Shown here piece by piece: positions 55,298 through 63,512 of a stretch of DNA of 64,000 nt; the first letter of the stretch is position 1, and the number at the start of each line of letters is the position of its first letter. The position numbers and the translations under genes are program-made. The notes below the pieces were generated by a model. The model saw only the letters and a program-made list of their open reading frames with translations. It was not told the origin of the DNA and did not search any database. The stretch covers positions 101-64,100 of the forward strand of contig JAFXUU010000118.1 of the NCBI GenBank assembly GCA_017524845.1, written 5' to 3'. The DNA is from Oscillospiraceae bacterium (GTDB taxonomy: Bacteria > Bacillota > Clostridia > Oscillospirales > Oscillospiraceae).

Positions 55298-55939
55298 ATG
55301 AAAAAACAGCTGATGAATCTGGTCTGTCTGCTCCTGGGCGTCCTCCTGGGGGTGGGCGGCTGCCTCCTGGTGCTGGCCCTGTCGGACGGGGCGGCCCGCC
55401 GCAGTTCGCCGGAGCCGGTCTCGGTGACCGGGGCGGACCCGGGCCGGGAGGATCTGGCGAAGCTGGCCGTTTCCGTGGCCGACTGCCTGGCCGCCGGGGA
55501 TTACGAAGCCCTGGCCGCCTGCGTCCATCCCGGCTACGGTCTGGTCCTTTCCCCGTATTCTACCATCAACCTGGGCGCCAATCAATGCTTCACGCCCCAG
55601 CGGGTGGCCGTGACGGCGAAGGACCGGACGGTGTACGTCTGGGGCGTGAAATACGGGACGGACGAGCCCATCCAGCTCACCGCGAAGCAGTTCTTTGAGG
55701 AATACGTCTACGACAGGGACTATGCGAGGGCCCCGGTGATGGGCTTCAACACCGTGCTCCGCAGCGGGAACGCCCTGGAGAACGTGACGGCGATCTTCCC
55801 GGACGGGCAGTTCGTGGACCTCTGCTTCCCCGCCGCCTCGGCGGAGGCCGACGACTGGCGCATCCTGCGCATGGTCTTCGAGGAATACGAGGGAGAGCTG
55901 AAGCTCAGCGCCCTCATCCACAGCGAATACACGGAATAA
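55298..55939 (+). CDS. membrane-anchored or lipoprotein-like hypothetical protein
   Basis: MKKQLMNLVCLLLGVLLGVGGC signal/anchor followed by a soluble domain. Confidence 0.65.
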   Translation: MKKQLMNLVCLLLGVLLGVGGCLLVLALSDGAARRSSPEPVSVTGADPGREDLAKLAVSVADCLAAGDYEALAACVHPGYGLVLSPYSTINLGANQCFTPQRVAVTAKDRTVYVWGVKYGTDEPIQLTAKQFFEEYVYDRDYARAPVMGFNTVLRSGNALENVTAIFPDGQFVDLCFPAASAEADDWRILRMVFEEYEGELKLSALIHSEYTE

Positions 55940-55964
55940 GTAATAAGTAATAAGTAATAAGTAA
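55937..55964 (+). repeat. heptamer tandem repeat (TAAGTAA)x4 starting at the stop codon
   Basis: taagtaa x4 gives stop codons in all three forward frames. Confidence 0.9.
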
Positions 55965-55965
55965 C

Positions 55966-56120
55966 GGCGGCGCTTCCCGGAGGGGAGCGCCGCCGCTCAG
56001 CGTGTCGACAAAGTGTCGGCACGCTGAGCGGCAAAATCAGAAAATGTTTTCTGATTTTGCATGGATTATAACGTGCAGGGGGATTCCCGTCCCCCTGCAC
56101 ACATCCCCCATGCGCGTCGA
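55966..56120 (+). repeat. dispersed intergenic element, copy downstream of galE
   Basis: GC hairpin 55966-55994, then cagcgtgtcgaca..tgtcggcacgctga, ggcaaaatcagaaaatgttttctgattttgc and gtgcagggggattcccgtccccctgcac. Aligns with 57193-57330. Confidence 0.8.
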
Positions 56121-56159
56121 GGCCCTGAATCATAGGTTTGTCTAGCTGCGTTTTTGTTT

Positions 56160-57173
56160 TCAGTCCTGCTTCAGCGCGTTTTGCTGCCAGCGCCAGGAAT
56201 CCCGGCACATGTCCGCCAGGCTCTTTTCCGCCCGCCAGCCCAGGACGGCTTCGGCCTTGGAGGCGTCGGCGTAAAACTCCGGCAGGTCCCCGGGCCGCCG
56301 GGGCGCGAACTCGAAGGGGACGGGCTGCCCGGTGGCTTCCCCGAAGGCGCGCACCACCTCCAGCACGCTGAAGCCCCTGCCGGTGCCCAGGTTGAAGATC
56401 TCCGTTCCCCGGTGCGCTTCGGCGAAGCCCAGGGCGGCCAGGTGGCCCCTGGCCAGGTCGGTGACGTGGATGTAGTCCCGGACGCAGGTGCCGTCCCGGG
56501 TGGGGTAGTCGTTCCCGAAGACGTTCAGCCGCGGCCGCAGGCCCGCCGCCACCTGGGTGATGTAGGGCATCAGGTTGTTGGGGATCCCGCTGGGCTTTTC
56601 CCCGATGAGGCCGCTTTCGTGGGCGCCGATGGGATTGAAATAGCGGAGGAGCACCACGCTGAGGCTGCCGTCCGCCGCCGCGGCGTCCTTCAGGATCTCC
56701 TCGATCATGTATTTCGTCCGGCCGTAGGGGCTGGAGCAGTCCCCGGCGGGCATATCCTCCCGGTAGGGGACGGGGCAGCGCTCCCCGTAGACCGTGGCGG
56801 AGGAGCTGAAGATGAAGCGGCGGCAGCCGAATTCCGCCATGGTTTCCAGCAGGCTCAGGGCCGAGTCCAGGTTGTTGCGGTAGTAGGCCAGGGGCCTGGC
56901 GGCGGATTCTCCCACCGCCTTGAAGCCCGCGAAGTGGACGACCGCCTCGATATCCCAATCCAGGAACACCCGCCGCAGGGCGCGCCGGTCCGCCGCGTCC
57001 GCCCGGACGAAGGGCGGCTGCCGCCCGGCGATCCGGCCGATGCGCTCCGCAACGCCCGCCTCGCTGTTGGACAGATCGTCCAGCAGCACGACGTCCCGCC
57101 CCGCCAGCAGCAGCTCGACCGCCGTGTGGGAGCCGATGAAGCCGGTGCCCCCGGTGAGAAGAACAGATCCCAT
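56160..57173 (-). CDS. galE: UDP-glucose 4-epimerase
   Basis: VLLTGGTGFIGSHT...SSSATVYG...YGRTKYMIEEIL...NYFNPIGAH. Confidence 0.93.
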   Translation of the reverse strand: MGSVLLTGGTGFIGSHTAVELLLAGRDVVLLDDLSNSEAGVAERIGRIAGRQPPFVRADAADRRALRRVFLDWDIEAVVHFAGFKAVGESAARPLAYYRNNLDSALSLLETMAEFGCRRFIFSSSATVYGERCPVPYREDMPAGDCSSPYGRTKYMIEEILKDAAAADGSLSVVLLRYFNPIGAHESGLIGEKPSGIPNNLMPYITQVAAGLRPRLNVFGNDYPTRDGTCVRDYIHVTDLARGHLAALGFAEAHRGTEIFNLGTGRGFSVLEVVRAFGEATGQPVPFEFAPRRPGDLPEFYADASKAEAVLGWRAEKSLADMCRDSWRWQQNALKQD

Positions 57174-57192
57174 TTTCTTTCCCCTTCCTTCC

Positions 57193-57379
57193 GCGGCGCT
57201 CCCGCGCCGTTCAGCGTGTCGAATGTCGACGCGCTGAACGGCAAAATCAGAAAATGATTTCTGATTTTGCGTGGATTCGACGTGAAGGGGGATTCCCGTC
57301 CCCCTTCACGGATCCCCCGTGCTTGTCGGAACGCCGCCATCGTACTTATTTGACAGTCCGCGCGGCGCTCCCGCGCCGC
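57193..57379 (+). repeat. dispersed intergenic element, copy upstream of galE, bracketed by a duplicated 17-nt hairpin
   Basis: GCGGCGCTCCCGCGCCG occurs at 57193-57209 and again at 57362-57379. The core matches 55995-56120. The inverted gactgtcaaa module lies at 57347-57359. Confidence 0.8.
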
Positions 57380-57656
57380 TTCGTCCAGTATACGGGAAAA
57401 CCCGGGCCCGCGCAAGTAAAACCGCCGCCGCAGAGCCCTTCGGCTTCTGCGGCGCAGCGATTCGGGAAGAAAAGGAGTGATACGCGGCCCTCACCACTGC
57501 CGCGAACCGGTGTTCCGGCCCGTTCCGCACCCCATATGGAACGCCCGGAACTTTATTCTGAAATGAGAATAACACAGGGCGGAAAGGGTGTCAAGCGTTT
57601 TTTCGTTTTTCAATGGATTTCTCAGCCCCGGCAGCGCATATTTCCCGGCGCGGGCA

Positions 57657-57685
57657 TTGACCGGGGCGGCGGCGGGGGGTATAAT
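57657..57685 (+). promoter_or_regulatory. consensus-like promoter for the flavodoxin gene
   Basis: TTGACC, 17 nt, TATAAT. Confidence 0.55.
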
Positions 57686-57749
57686 CATACAATCAGGAAA
57701 AACGGGGGACCCGTCGGCGCGCCGTGCGCCGGGAGAGGAGGCGCGCCGC

Positions 57750-58232
57750 GTGCCCACAGCCATCGTATATTTTTCCCTCACCGGAAACACCGCCTGGGCC
57801 GCCGGGCGAATCGCCGAAGCCCTGGGAGCGGAGACGCTGCGGCTCGAGCCGGAGAAGGCCTATCCCGCCCGGGGCGCCGCGAAGTTCCTCCTGGGGGGTA
57901 AGAGCGCCGTTTTCGGGGAAGCGCCGCCCCTCCGGCCCTACAGCTTCGATCCGGACGCCTTCGACCGGGTGATCTTCGGCTTCCCCGTCTGGGCCGGGAG
58001 GCCGGCCCCGCCCCTCCGGAGCTTCCTGAAGGCGGAGGGAAAGGCCCTGAAGGGAAAGACCTTCGCCGCCTTTGCCTGCCAGAGCGGCGCGGGGGGAGAA
58101 AGGGCCCTCCGGCAGCTGGAGGAAGCCCTGGGGGCGGAGCTGAAGGCGAAGCTCATCCTCATCGACCCGGGGGACAGGCCCTCGGAGGGCAACGAAGCGC
58201 GCATCGCGGCCTTCTGCGGGGCCTGTCGCTGA
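57750..58232 (+). CDS. flavodoxin-family protein
   Basis: GTG start after a GGAGAGGAGG RBS. FMN-loop AIVYFSLTGNTAWAA, FGFPVWAG. Confidence 0.75.
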   Translation: MPTAIVYFSLTGNTAWAAGRIAEALGAETLRLEPEKAYPARGAAKFLLGGKSAVFGEAPPLRPYSFDPDAFDRVIFGFPVWAGRPAPPLRSFLKAEGKALKGKTFAAFACQSGAGGERALRQLEEALGAELKAKLILIDPGDRPSEGNEARIAAFCGACR

Positions 58233-58274
58233 GAAGCATGCGTCCCCGCCGCCGGCGGGACGGGAGGTAATCGT

Positions 58275-59363
58275 ATGGCAAACAAGATCATCAAGGGGCT
58301 GTGGGACTGCCCCTACTGCGGCCAGAAGGGCATCGACGGGCTGGTCAAGAGCTGCCCCAACTGCGCCCATCCCCAGGACGCGGGCACCAAGTTCTACCTG
58401 GGGGAGAAGAAGGAAGTCCTGGACGAGGAGAAGGCGAAGAACTACGGCAAGGGAGCCGACTGGACCTGCGCCTTCTGCGGCAGCCTGAACCGCTACGGGG
58501 AAGCAAACTGCGTCAACTGCGGCGCGGAGCGGGCGGATTCCTCCGGGGATTATTTTGAAAACCGGCGGAAGGAGGAGGCCGCGGCCAAGCCTCCCGAGCC
58601 TGCCCCCCGGCCCCCGAAGAAGAAGCGGACGGGGCTGATCGTCGGCATCCTCATCGCCCTGATCGCCGTCGTCGTCTTCGCGGTGCTGCCCCGGAGCCGG
58701 GCCACCACCGTGACGGACAAGACCTGGCAGCGGACCGTCGCCGTGGAGGCCCTCACCACCGTGCGGGAATCCGGCTGGTCGATCCCCTCCGGCGGCACGA
58801 TGACGGGCAGCAGCCAGGCCATCCACCACTACGATCAGGTGCTGGACCACTACGCCGAGGAGGAGTATGAGGTCCCCTACCAGGTGCTGGACGGCTACGA
58901 TACCCAGACGGATTACAAGGACAACGGGGACGGGACCTTCACCGAGGTGGAGACCGAGATCCCCCGCTACCGCACGGAATACCGCACGGAGACGAGGACC
59001 GTGCCCGTCTACCGGCAGGAGCCGGTCTACGCCACGTTCTACGAATACGATATCGACCGGTGGGTGCCCCAGCGGCAGGAGGCGGCCCGGGGCAGCGGCT
59101 ACGAGCCGAAGACCGAGGGCCTGAGCCGGGACCTCCCCGTGGACCCGGAGCCCTACTGGCCCGATACCCGCCTGGGCGGCAATGAGCGGGAGAGCGGCCG
59201 CAGCGAGGAATACGTCCTCTGGTTCACCGACGCCAAGGGCAACGTCTACTCCGCCGCCGTCAGCCAGGAGGTCTGGACGAAATACGCCCGGGGCGACGCC
59301 GTGGAGCTGGAGGTCCAGGGCCGCCGCGTCGTCACCCTGGACGGCATGCGGATCTACGGATAA
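58275..59363 (+). CDS. membrane protein with two N-terminal cytoplasmic zinc ribbons, one TM helix and an extracytoplasmic domain
   Basis: CPYCGQ...CPNC and CAFCGS...CVNC. A Pro/Lys linker. TM helix LIVGILIALIAVVVFAV. GGGAGG RBS. Confidence 0.75.
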   Translation: MANKIIKGLWDCPYCGQKGIDGLVKSCPNCAHPQDAGTKFYLGEKKEVLDEEKAKNYGKGADWTCAFCGSLNRYGEANCVNCGAERADSSGDYFENRRKEEAAAKPPEPAPRPPKKKRTGLIVGILIALIAVVVFAVLPRSRATTVTDKTWQRTVAVEALTTVRESGWSIPSGGTMTGSSQAIHHYDQVLDHYAEEEYEVPYQVLDGYDTQTDYKDNGDGTFTEVETEIPRYRTEYRTETRTVPVYRQEPVYATFYEYDIDRWVPQRQEAARGSGYEPKTEGLSRDLPVDPEPYWPDTRLGGNERESGRSEEYVLWFTDAKGNVYSAAVSQEVWTKYARGDAVELEVQGRRVVTLDGMRIYG

Positions 59364-59372
59364 AAATGTGCA

Positions 59373-59416
59373 CGCTCTCCCCCGCCGCCCTGGGCGTCGG
59401 GGGAGCGCCGTTTTTG
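59373..59416 (+). terminator. rho-independent terminator
   Basis: CGCTCTCCCCCG...CGGGGGAGCG stem (one bulge) followed by CCGTTTTTGG. Confidence 0.65.
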
Positions 59417-59459
59417 GTGCCCCGCCGCCCCGGCGGACCCGGGCGGGCAATGGTAACGG

Positions 59460-59488
59460 TTGCCAGGGGCCGCCCGGCGTGGTATAAT
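59460..59488 (+). promoter_or_regulatory. consensus promoter for the large repeat protein
   Basis: TTGCCA, 17 nt, TGgTATAAT (extended -10). Confidence 0.6.
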
Positions 59489-59555
59489 CGGGACAGGAAC
59501 CGGGATCCGCGGGATCCTTCGACCGGGAATCATCAGAATAAAGGAGAGTGCGACC

Positions 59556-62500
59556 ATGAAGCGAAGCAAGCGGCTGCTCAGCCTGCTCCTCGTCCTGCTG
59601 CTGGCCCTGGGCCTGCTGCCGGGCGCCGTCCTGGCGGACGAGGGCGAAGAGTACATCACTTCTCTCAACGTCACCTACGATACCTCCGTGCTCGAGCTGC
59701 TCAACACCCAGGTCACGGGACGTCAGGTGAGCGAGGCCCTCTTCCGGGCCGTCACCTGTCCCAAGACGGGTGCGTTCGCGGATGAGGACGACTGGTACGT
59801 CACCGGCACCCCGGGCGACGTCAGCGATTTCGTCAGCATCTGCTTCCGGACCGGCGAAGATCTGGATCCCGAAGACTACGCCGTGGGATTCAATTCGATG
59901 TATAACGACGTAACTCCGATTCCCGCCGACGGGGAATACTATTTCTGTTTCCTGATCACCGCGTGCGCGAAGAGCTTCGACCCGGACGCCCTCCCCGCCG
60001 TCACGGTGAACGGGGAAGCGGCGGACTACGTCTACCGCTGGGAAAACGCCGTCATGGTCTATCAGCGCGTGGAGGTAGCCCAGGTGGAGGATTTCTGCGC
60101 CGTTCTCCGCCAGCCCATTGATTTCAAGGGCGAAATAGGCGCCACGGCGAGCTTCCGGGTGGAGACCCTGGGCACGGTGAAGGCCTGTCAGTGGCAGGTG
60201 AGCACCGACGGGGGCGAGACCTGGGCGAATTCCTCCTCCTCCGGCAACAAGACGGACACCCTCCGCGTCGGCATCACGGAGACCCGGCTGGCCTACCGCT
60301 ACCGCTGCAGGATCACCGCCTTCGACGACCGCCTGCTGTATACCGTCCCGGTGCGCATGATCTCCATTGCCCCCGTGGACGGCGTTCTGAACGCTGCGGG
60401 CGGCGCGCTGCATTTTGTGAACGATTCCGTCTATCCCTGGACGCCGGAAACGGAGAACGGCGTTTCCTTCGCCAGGAGCGGCAACGGCGGCGCGCACTGT
60501 ACCGAGTCCGCCCTCACCCTCTCCTGCACGCTCACGGAGACTGCCGTGCTGTCCTTTGAATACCGCGTCTTCGGCGAGGGCGGCATGTACGACTACGGCT
60601 CGTTCCTGGTGGACGGGGAGGAGATGTTCGAATGCGCCCATAAGGAAGAATGGGAACTCTACGCCACGGACCTGGAGGCCGGGGAGCACGTCCTGACCTG
60701 GGTCTATCAGAAGGACGTCAGCGTCAGCCAGGAGGGCGACTGCTTCGAGGTGCGGAACGTGGCCCTGGGCGCGAGCGTCTTCGCCGTGACGGAGCAGCCG
60801 GCGGATTTCACCGGCGCCGTGGGCGAGGACTTCATCTTCCATACGGAAGCCATGGGCACGCCCTCCTTCCAGTGGGAGGTGAGCACCAACGGGGGCAGCA
60901 CCTGGAAAAACAGCGGCCACGCCGGGAACGCCACCGACACCCTGACGGGCGAGATCACTGTCGCCCGCCTCGGCCATCTTTTCCGCTGCCGGATCACGGG
61001 CGACGACGGCACCGTGATCTATACGAATACCGTGCGCATCCTGGAGATGGAGCCGGTGATCGTCGAATGGCCCGAGGACGCGTCCGCCCTTCCGGGAGAG
61101 AGCTTCACCTTCCAAATAGAGGCCTACGGCAGCAATCTCAGCTATCAGTGGCAGATCTGGGACGACTCGGCCTGGGCGGACTGCACCCTGGACGGCGCGC
61201 AGACCGACACCCTCACCGGCGTCGCGACGGAGGATATGATAGGCAGCTCCTTCCGCTGCGTCGTGACGGACCGGCTGGGCCGCACGGTGGACGCCGAAGT
61301 GAATCTGTGGTGTCCGCCGCCGGAGATCGTCAGCCAGCCCCGCCCCTTCGCCGGCGCGCTGGGGGACGCCTTCACCCTCGGGATCGAAGCCACGGGCTAC
61401 CGGCTGAGCTACCAGTGGAAGGTGAGTACAGACGGGGGAGAGAGCTGGACAAACAGCGGCCACAGCGGCAATAAGACCCCCGTCCTCACCGGCAGCATCA
61501 CCGACGCCCGCCTGGGCTATCTCTACTGCTGCGAGGTGACGGACGGCACAGGTTCTGTGCTCACCTCCGACGTCACGTTCCTCTGCCTGACCGGGGCTGT
61601 GGACGGCGCAGTCAACGCTCCCGGCTGCCGCCTGACGTATGAAAACGACGGGGATTATCCCTGGGTCATCGCCAAGCTCGACGGGGAGTTGGCGGCCAGG
61701 AGCGGCAATTCGGGGATCGACAGCTCTACCTCCGTGCTGGAAGCCGCCGTCACCCTTACGGAGAGCACGACCCTCAGCTTCGACTATTTCGTGGAGGCCG
61801 AAGAAAACTGGGATACCGGGTACTTCTTTGTGGACGGAGAGACGGTATTCTCCACCAGCAAGACCAGCGGCTGGGAGCACATGGAAACGGAACTTTCCTC
61901 CGGGGAACACCAGCTCAAGTGGCGGTTCAGTAAGGACACCAGCTACAGCAAAGGCCTGGACGGCTTCTATATCAAAAACCTGATGGTGGACCTGGGCGCG
62001 CCGCTGACCCTCGACGCCGACCTGGAGGACTACGCGGGTCCCCTGGGCAGCACGGCCGCCTTCACCGTGGAGGCCTCCGGCGAGGGGCTTACCTATCAGT
62101 GGTACGTGAAGAACCGCACGGCGTCGAAGTTCTCGAAGAGCAGCGTCACGGGGCCGACCTACAGCGTGGCGCTGACGGAGGCGAATTCCGGCCGCCAGCT
62201 CTACTGCGTGGTGACGGATTCCCACGGCGAGACCGTCCGGACGAGCACCGTCACCATGAGCATCGCCCAGTCCCTGGTCATCTTGAATGATCTGGAGGAC
62301 TACGCCGGGCCCGAGGGCAGCATGGCGGCCTTCACCGTGGAAGCCTCCGGCGACGGGCTCAGCTACCAGTGGTGGGTGAAGAACCGCACGGCGTCGAAGT
62401 TCTCCAAGAGCAGCGTCACGGGGCCGACCTACAGCGTGGCGCTGACGGAGGCGAATTCCGGCCGCCGGCTCTACTGCGTGGTGTCGGACGCCCGCGGCAA

Positions 62501-63347
62501 TACGCTCCAGACGAACACCGTGAGCATGTCGATCTTCAAACCGCTCACCGTTCTCAACGACCTTGCGGATTACGTGGGTCCCCTAGGCAGCACGGCCTCC
62601 TTCACCGTGGAGGCGGAGGGCGACGGGCTCAGCTACCAGTGGTGGGTGAAGAAGCCCTCGGCGTCGAAGTTCTCGAAGAGCAGCATCACGGGGCCGACCT
62701 ACAGCGTAACGCTGACGGAGGCCCGGGACGGAAATCAGATCTACTGCGTGGTGTCGGACGCCCACGGCAGCACCGTGCAGACGAATACCGTGAGCATGAC
62801 CGTCGGCATGGAGCTGAGCGTCGCCGAGCTGGAGGACTACGTGGGCGCCGAGGGCAGCACGGCCTCCTTCACCGTGGATGCCCTTGGCGACGGGCTTACC
62901 TACCAGTGGTGGGTGAAGAAGCCCTCGGCGTCGAAGTTCTCCAAGAGCAGCATCACGGGCCCGACCTACAGCGTGACGCTGACGGAGGCCCGGAACGGAA
63001 ATCAGATCTACTGCGTGGTGATGGACAGCCACGGCAACGCCGTGCAGACGAATACCGTCACCATGAGCATCGCCGAGCCTCTGGTCATCACCGCCGAACT
63101 TGCGGATTACGTGGGTCCCCTGGGCAGCACGGCCTCCTTCACCGTGGCGGCCGAGGGCAGCGGGCTCAGCTACCAGTGGTACGTGAAGAAGCCCAGCGCG
63201 ACGAAGTTCTCCAAGTCCTCCGTCACCAGCCCCACCTACGCCGTGGAGCTGACGGAGGCCCGGAACGGGAATCAGGTCTACTGCGTGGTGACCGACGCCC
63301 TGGGCAATACCGAACATACGAACACCGTCACCATGAGCGTCGGATAA
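59556..63347 (+). CDS. large secreted multi-domain protein (1263 aa): N-terminal domain, four Ig-like modules interleaved with two jelly-roll-like inserts of about 125 aa, five C-terminal Ig-like repeats, no recognisable wall anchor
   Basis: AAGGAGAG RBS. Signal peptide MKRSKRLLSLLLVLLLALGLLPGAVLA. Repeats carry (S/T)YQW(W/Y)VK...Y.CVV.D..G. The protein ends VTMSVG with no LPXTG- or SPXTG-type signal. Confidence 0.9.
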   Translation: MKRSKRLLSLLLVLLLALGLLPGAVLADEGEEYITSLNVTYDTSVLELLNTQVTGRQVSEALFRAVTCPKTGAFADEDDWYVTGTPGDVSDFVSICFRTGEDLDPEDYAVGFNSMYNDVTPIPADGEYYFCFLITACAKSFDPDALPAVTVNGEAADYVYRWENAVMVYQRVEVAQVEDFCAVLRQPIDFKGEIGATASFRVETLGTVKACQWQVSTDGGETWANSSSSGNKTDTLRVGITETRLAYRYRCRITAFDDRLLYTVPVRMISIAPVDGVLNAAGGALHFVNDSVYPWTPETENGVSFARSGNGGAHCTESALTLSCTLTETAVLSFEYRVFGEGGMYDYGSFLVDGEEMFECAHKEEWELYATDLEAGEHVLTWVYQKDVSVSQEGDCFEVRNVALGASVFAVTEQPADFTGAVGEDFIFHTEAMGTPSFQWEVSTNGGSTWKNSGHAGNATDTLTGEITVARLGHLFRCRITGDDGTVIYTNTVRILEMEPVIVEWPEDASALPGESFTFQIEAYGSNLSYQWQIWDDSAWADCTLDGAQTDTLTGVATEDMIGSSFRCVVTDRLGRTVDAEVNLWCPPPEIVSQPRPFAGALGDAFTLGIEATGYRLSYQWKVSTDGGESWTNSGHSGNKTPVLTGSITDARLGYLYCCEVTDGTGSVLTSDVTFLCLTGAVDGAVNAPGCRLTYENDGDYPWVIAKLDGELAARSGNSGIDSSTSVLEAAVTLTESTTLSFDYFVEAEENWDTGYFFVDGETVFSTSKTSGWEHMETELSSGEHQLKWRFSKDTSYSKGLDGFYIKNLMVDLGAPLTLDADLEDYAGPLGSTAAFTVEASGEGLTYQWYVKNRTASKFSKSSVTGPTYSVALTEANSGRQLYCVVTDSHGETVRTSTVTMSIAQSLVILNDLEDYAGPEGSMAAFTVEASGDGLSYQWWVKNRTASKFSKSSVTGPTYSVALTEANSGRRLYCVVSDARGNTLQTNTVSMSIFKPLTVLNDLADYVGPLGSTASFTVEAEGDGLSYQWWVKKPSASKFSKSSITGPTYSVTLTEARDGNQIYCVVSDAHGSTVQTNTVSMTVGMELSVAELEDYVGAEGSTASFTVDALGDGLTYQWWVKKPSASKFSKSSITGPTYSVTLTEARNGNQIYCVVMDSHGNAVQTNTVTMSIAEPLVITAELADYVGPLGSTASFTVAAEGSGLSYQWYVKKPSATKFSKSSVTSPTYAVELTEARNGNQVYCVVTDALGNTEHTNTVTMSVG
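62020..63344 (+). repeat. five tandem coding repeats of about 265 nt with stretches of about 100 nt of near-identity
   Basis: For example, 62101-62205 and 62371-62475 are almost identical. Related to 47761-48552 on the opposite strand. Confidence 0.9.
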
Positions 63348-63369
63348 AGGCGCGGGACGGAAAGCATAC

Positions 63370-63410
63370 GCCGCCGGGAGCAGTTTCGTCTGCTCCCGGC
63401 GGCTCTTTTC
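63370..63410. terminator. terminator between convergent genes
   Basis: GCCGCCGGGAGCAG-TTTCGT-CTGCTCCCGGCGGC followed by TCTTTTC. Confidence 0.75.
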
Positions 63411-63512
63411 ACCGGCCCCTCCGTCCGCCCGGAAGGGAAAAAGCGCGAAAACCGCACATCTGCGCTTCCTATTCCGGGCGGGAATGTGGTAGAATAAAAA
63501 TGGCGGGTCCCG

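Noticed and set aside
57693-62225. 1510-aa ORF on the minus strand, the longest ORF in the window.
   Set aside because: It is antisense to the well-supported secreted repeat protein and flavodoxin/zinc-ribbon genes. Its composition is dominated by Gly/Ala/Arg/Pro/Val with no motifs, no RBS and no signal. This is the typical stop-poor shadow frame of high-GC DNA.
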